From a virus (Duplodnaviria > Heunggongvirae > Uroviricota > Caudoviricetes): DNA of 5,912 bases. The stretch lies in IMG/VR virus record IMGVR_UViG_2529292720_000008; one strand, written 5' to 3'. The notes under the pieces were generated by a model. That model was not told the DNA's origin and made no database searches. It worked only from the letters and a program-made list of their open reading frames with translations. The stretch's first letter is position 1; the number at the start of each line of letters is the position of its first letter. Shown here piece by piece: positions 5,519 through 5,912 of the stretch. The position numbers and the translations under genes were made by a program.

Positions 5519-5770
5519 ATGACCAGAAAAACCAGAGATAAGACAGCGCCAAAATATAAAGCGTTAGACATGACAGAGCACGCCTTAAAGGTGGCAATCA
5601 GAACGATAGACCGCCACGCTGGGGAAGGATACGCGAAAGCACACCCCGAACTGATAAGCGCATTCATGACCACGACGGCGGCAAACTTTGCCACGCTGAC
5701 AGAACGGGAGATTGCCGAAGCGGAACAGGTGACAACCATCAACGTTAAAACTGGAGAGCAGACAGCATGA
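5519..5770 (+). CDS. Hypothetical protein, 83 aa
   Basis: ORF with ATG at 5519 (GGGGAG at 5504-5509 as a possible SD); its stop overlaps the next start (ATGA at 5767-5770). Helical, Ala/Thr-rich translation. No family recognised. Confidence 0.4.
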   Translation: MTRKTRDKTAPKYKALDMTEHALKVAIRTIDRHAGEGYAKAHPELISAFMTTTAANFATLTEREIAEAEQVTTINVKTGEQTA

Positions 5771-5912
5771 CAGCACAGATAGCGGCTTACGGGCGGCTGG
5801 TGGCTGACCCGCAGTTAAAGACCACCAGCAAGGGTACACAAATGACGATGGCTAGTATGGCGGTCCCCCTTCCGTGCAGCCAGGCAGATGACGGAACGGC
5901 GATGATGTGGTT
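5767..5912 (+). CDS. SSB-like OB-fold protein, N-terminal part only (continues beyond the window end)
   Basis: Translation MTAQIAAYGRLVADPQLKTTSKGTQMTMASMAVPLP...DDGTAMMW follows the N-terminal pattern of single-stranded DNA-binding proteins (G-x-L-x-x-DP-E/Q-L-R/K ... G ... A-x-x-AV ... W). Only 48 codons are visible. Confidence 0.35.
   Translation, partial: MTAQIAAYGRLVADPQLKTTSKGTQMTMASMAVPLPCSQADDGTAMMW

Noticed and set aside
5271-5522. 83-aa plus-strand ORF spanning the rep stop and the iteron region
   Set aside because: Its translation repeats KKWVVKVGS twice because it reads through the two 26-bp direct repeats. It is an artefact of translating the iteron array.
5134-5742. Minus-strand ORFs 5134-5379, 5162-5425, 5352-5597, 5482-5742 and 5585-5839
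   Set aside because: They are antisense to the rep 3' end, the iteron region and the small gene and SSB-like start. Translations are repeat-driven or low-complexity with no supporting signals.

Overview
The window reads as the integrase-proximal regulation and replication module of an enterobacterial integrative element, most like a P4-like satellite or phage-inducible chromosomal island; no helper-independent structural genes are present. Left to right: the 3' part of a tyrosine integrase gene (5' end lies outside the window), six helically phased 10-bp repeats, an AlpA-family regulator, a roughly 700-bp stretch whose coding status is ambiguous, a leftward ribbon-helix-helix-like small gene, a palindrome-rich divergent control region with a sigma70-like rightward promoter, then a tightly coupled rightward operon (Icd-like protein, two tandem paralogous ~70-aa proteins, two further small proteins, a 471-aa RepA-like ATPase), an iteron-rich putative origin, a small hypothetical gene and the start of an SSB-like gene. 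I see no tRNA, rRNA, CRISPR array or IS element, and no recognisable defence system. The most interesting unexplained content is the uncharacterised small-protein cassette upstream of rep and the control-region architecture. All family assignments are from reading the translations and motifs by eye; no database search was run.
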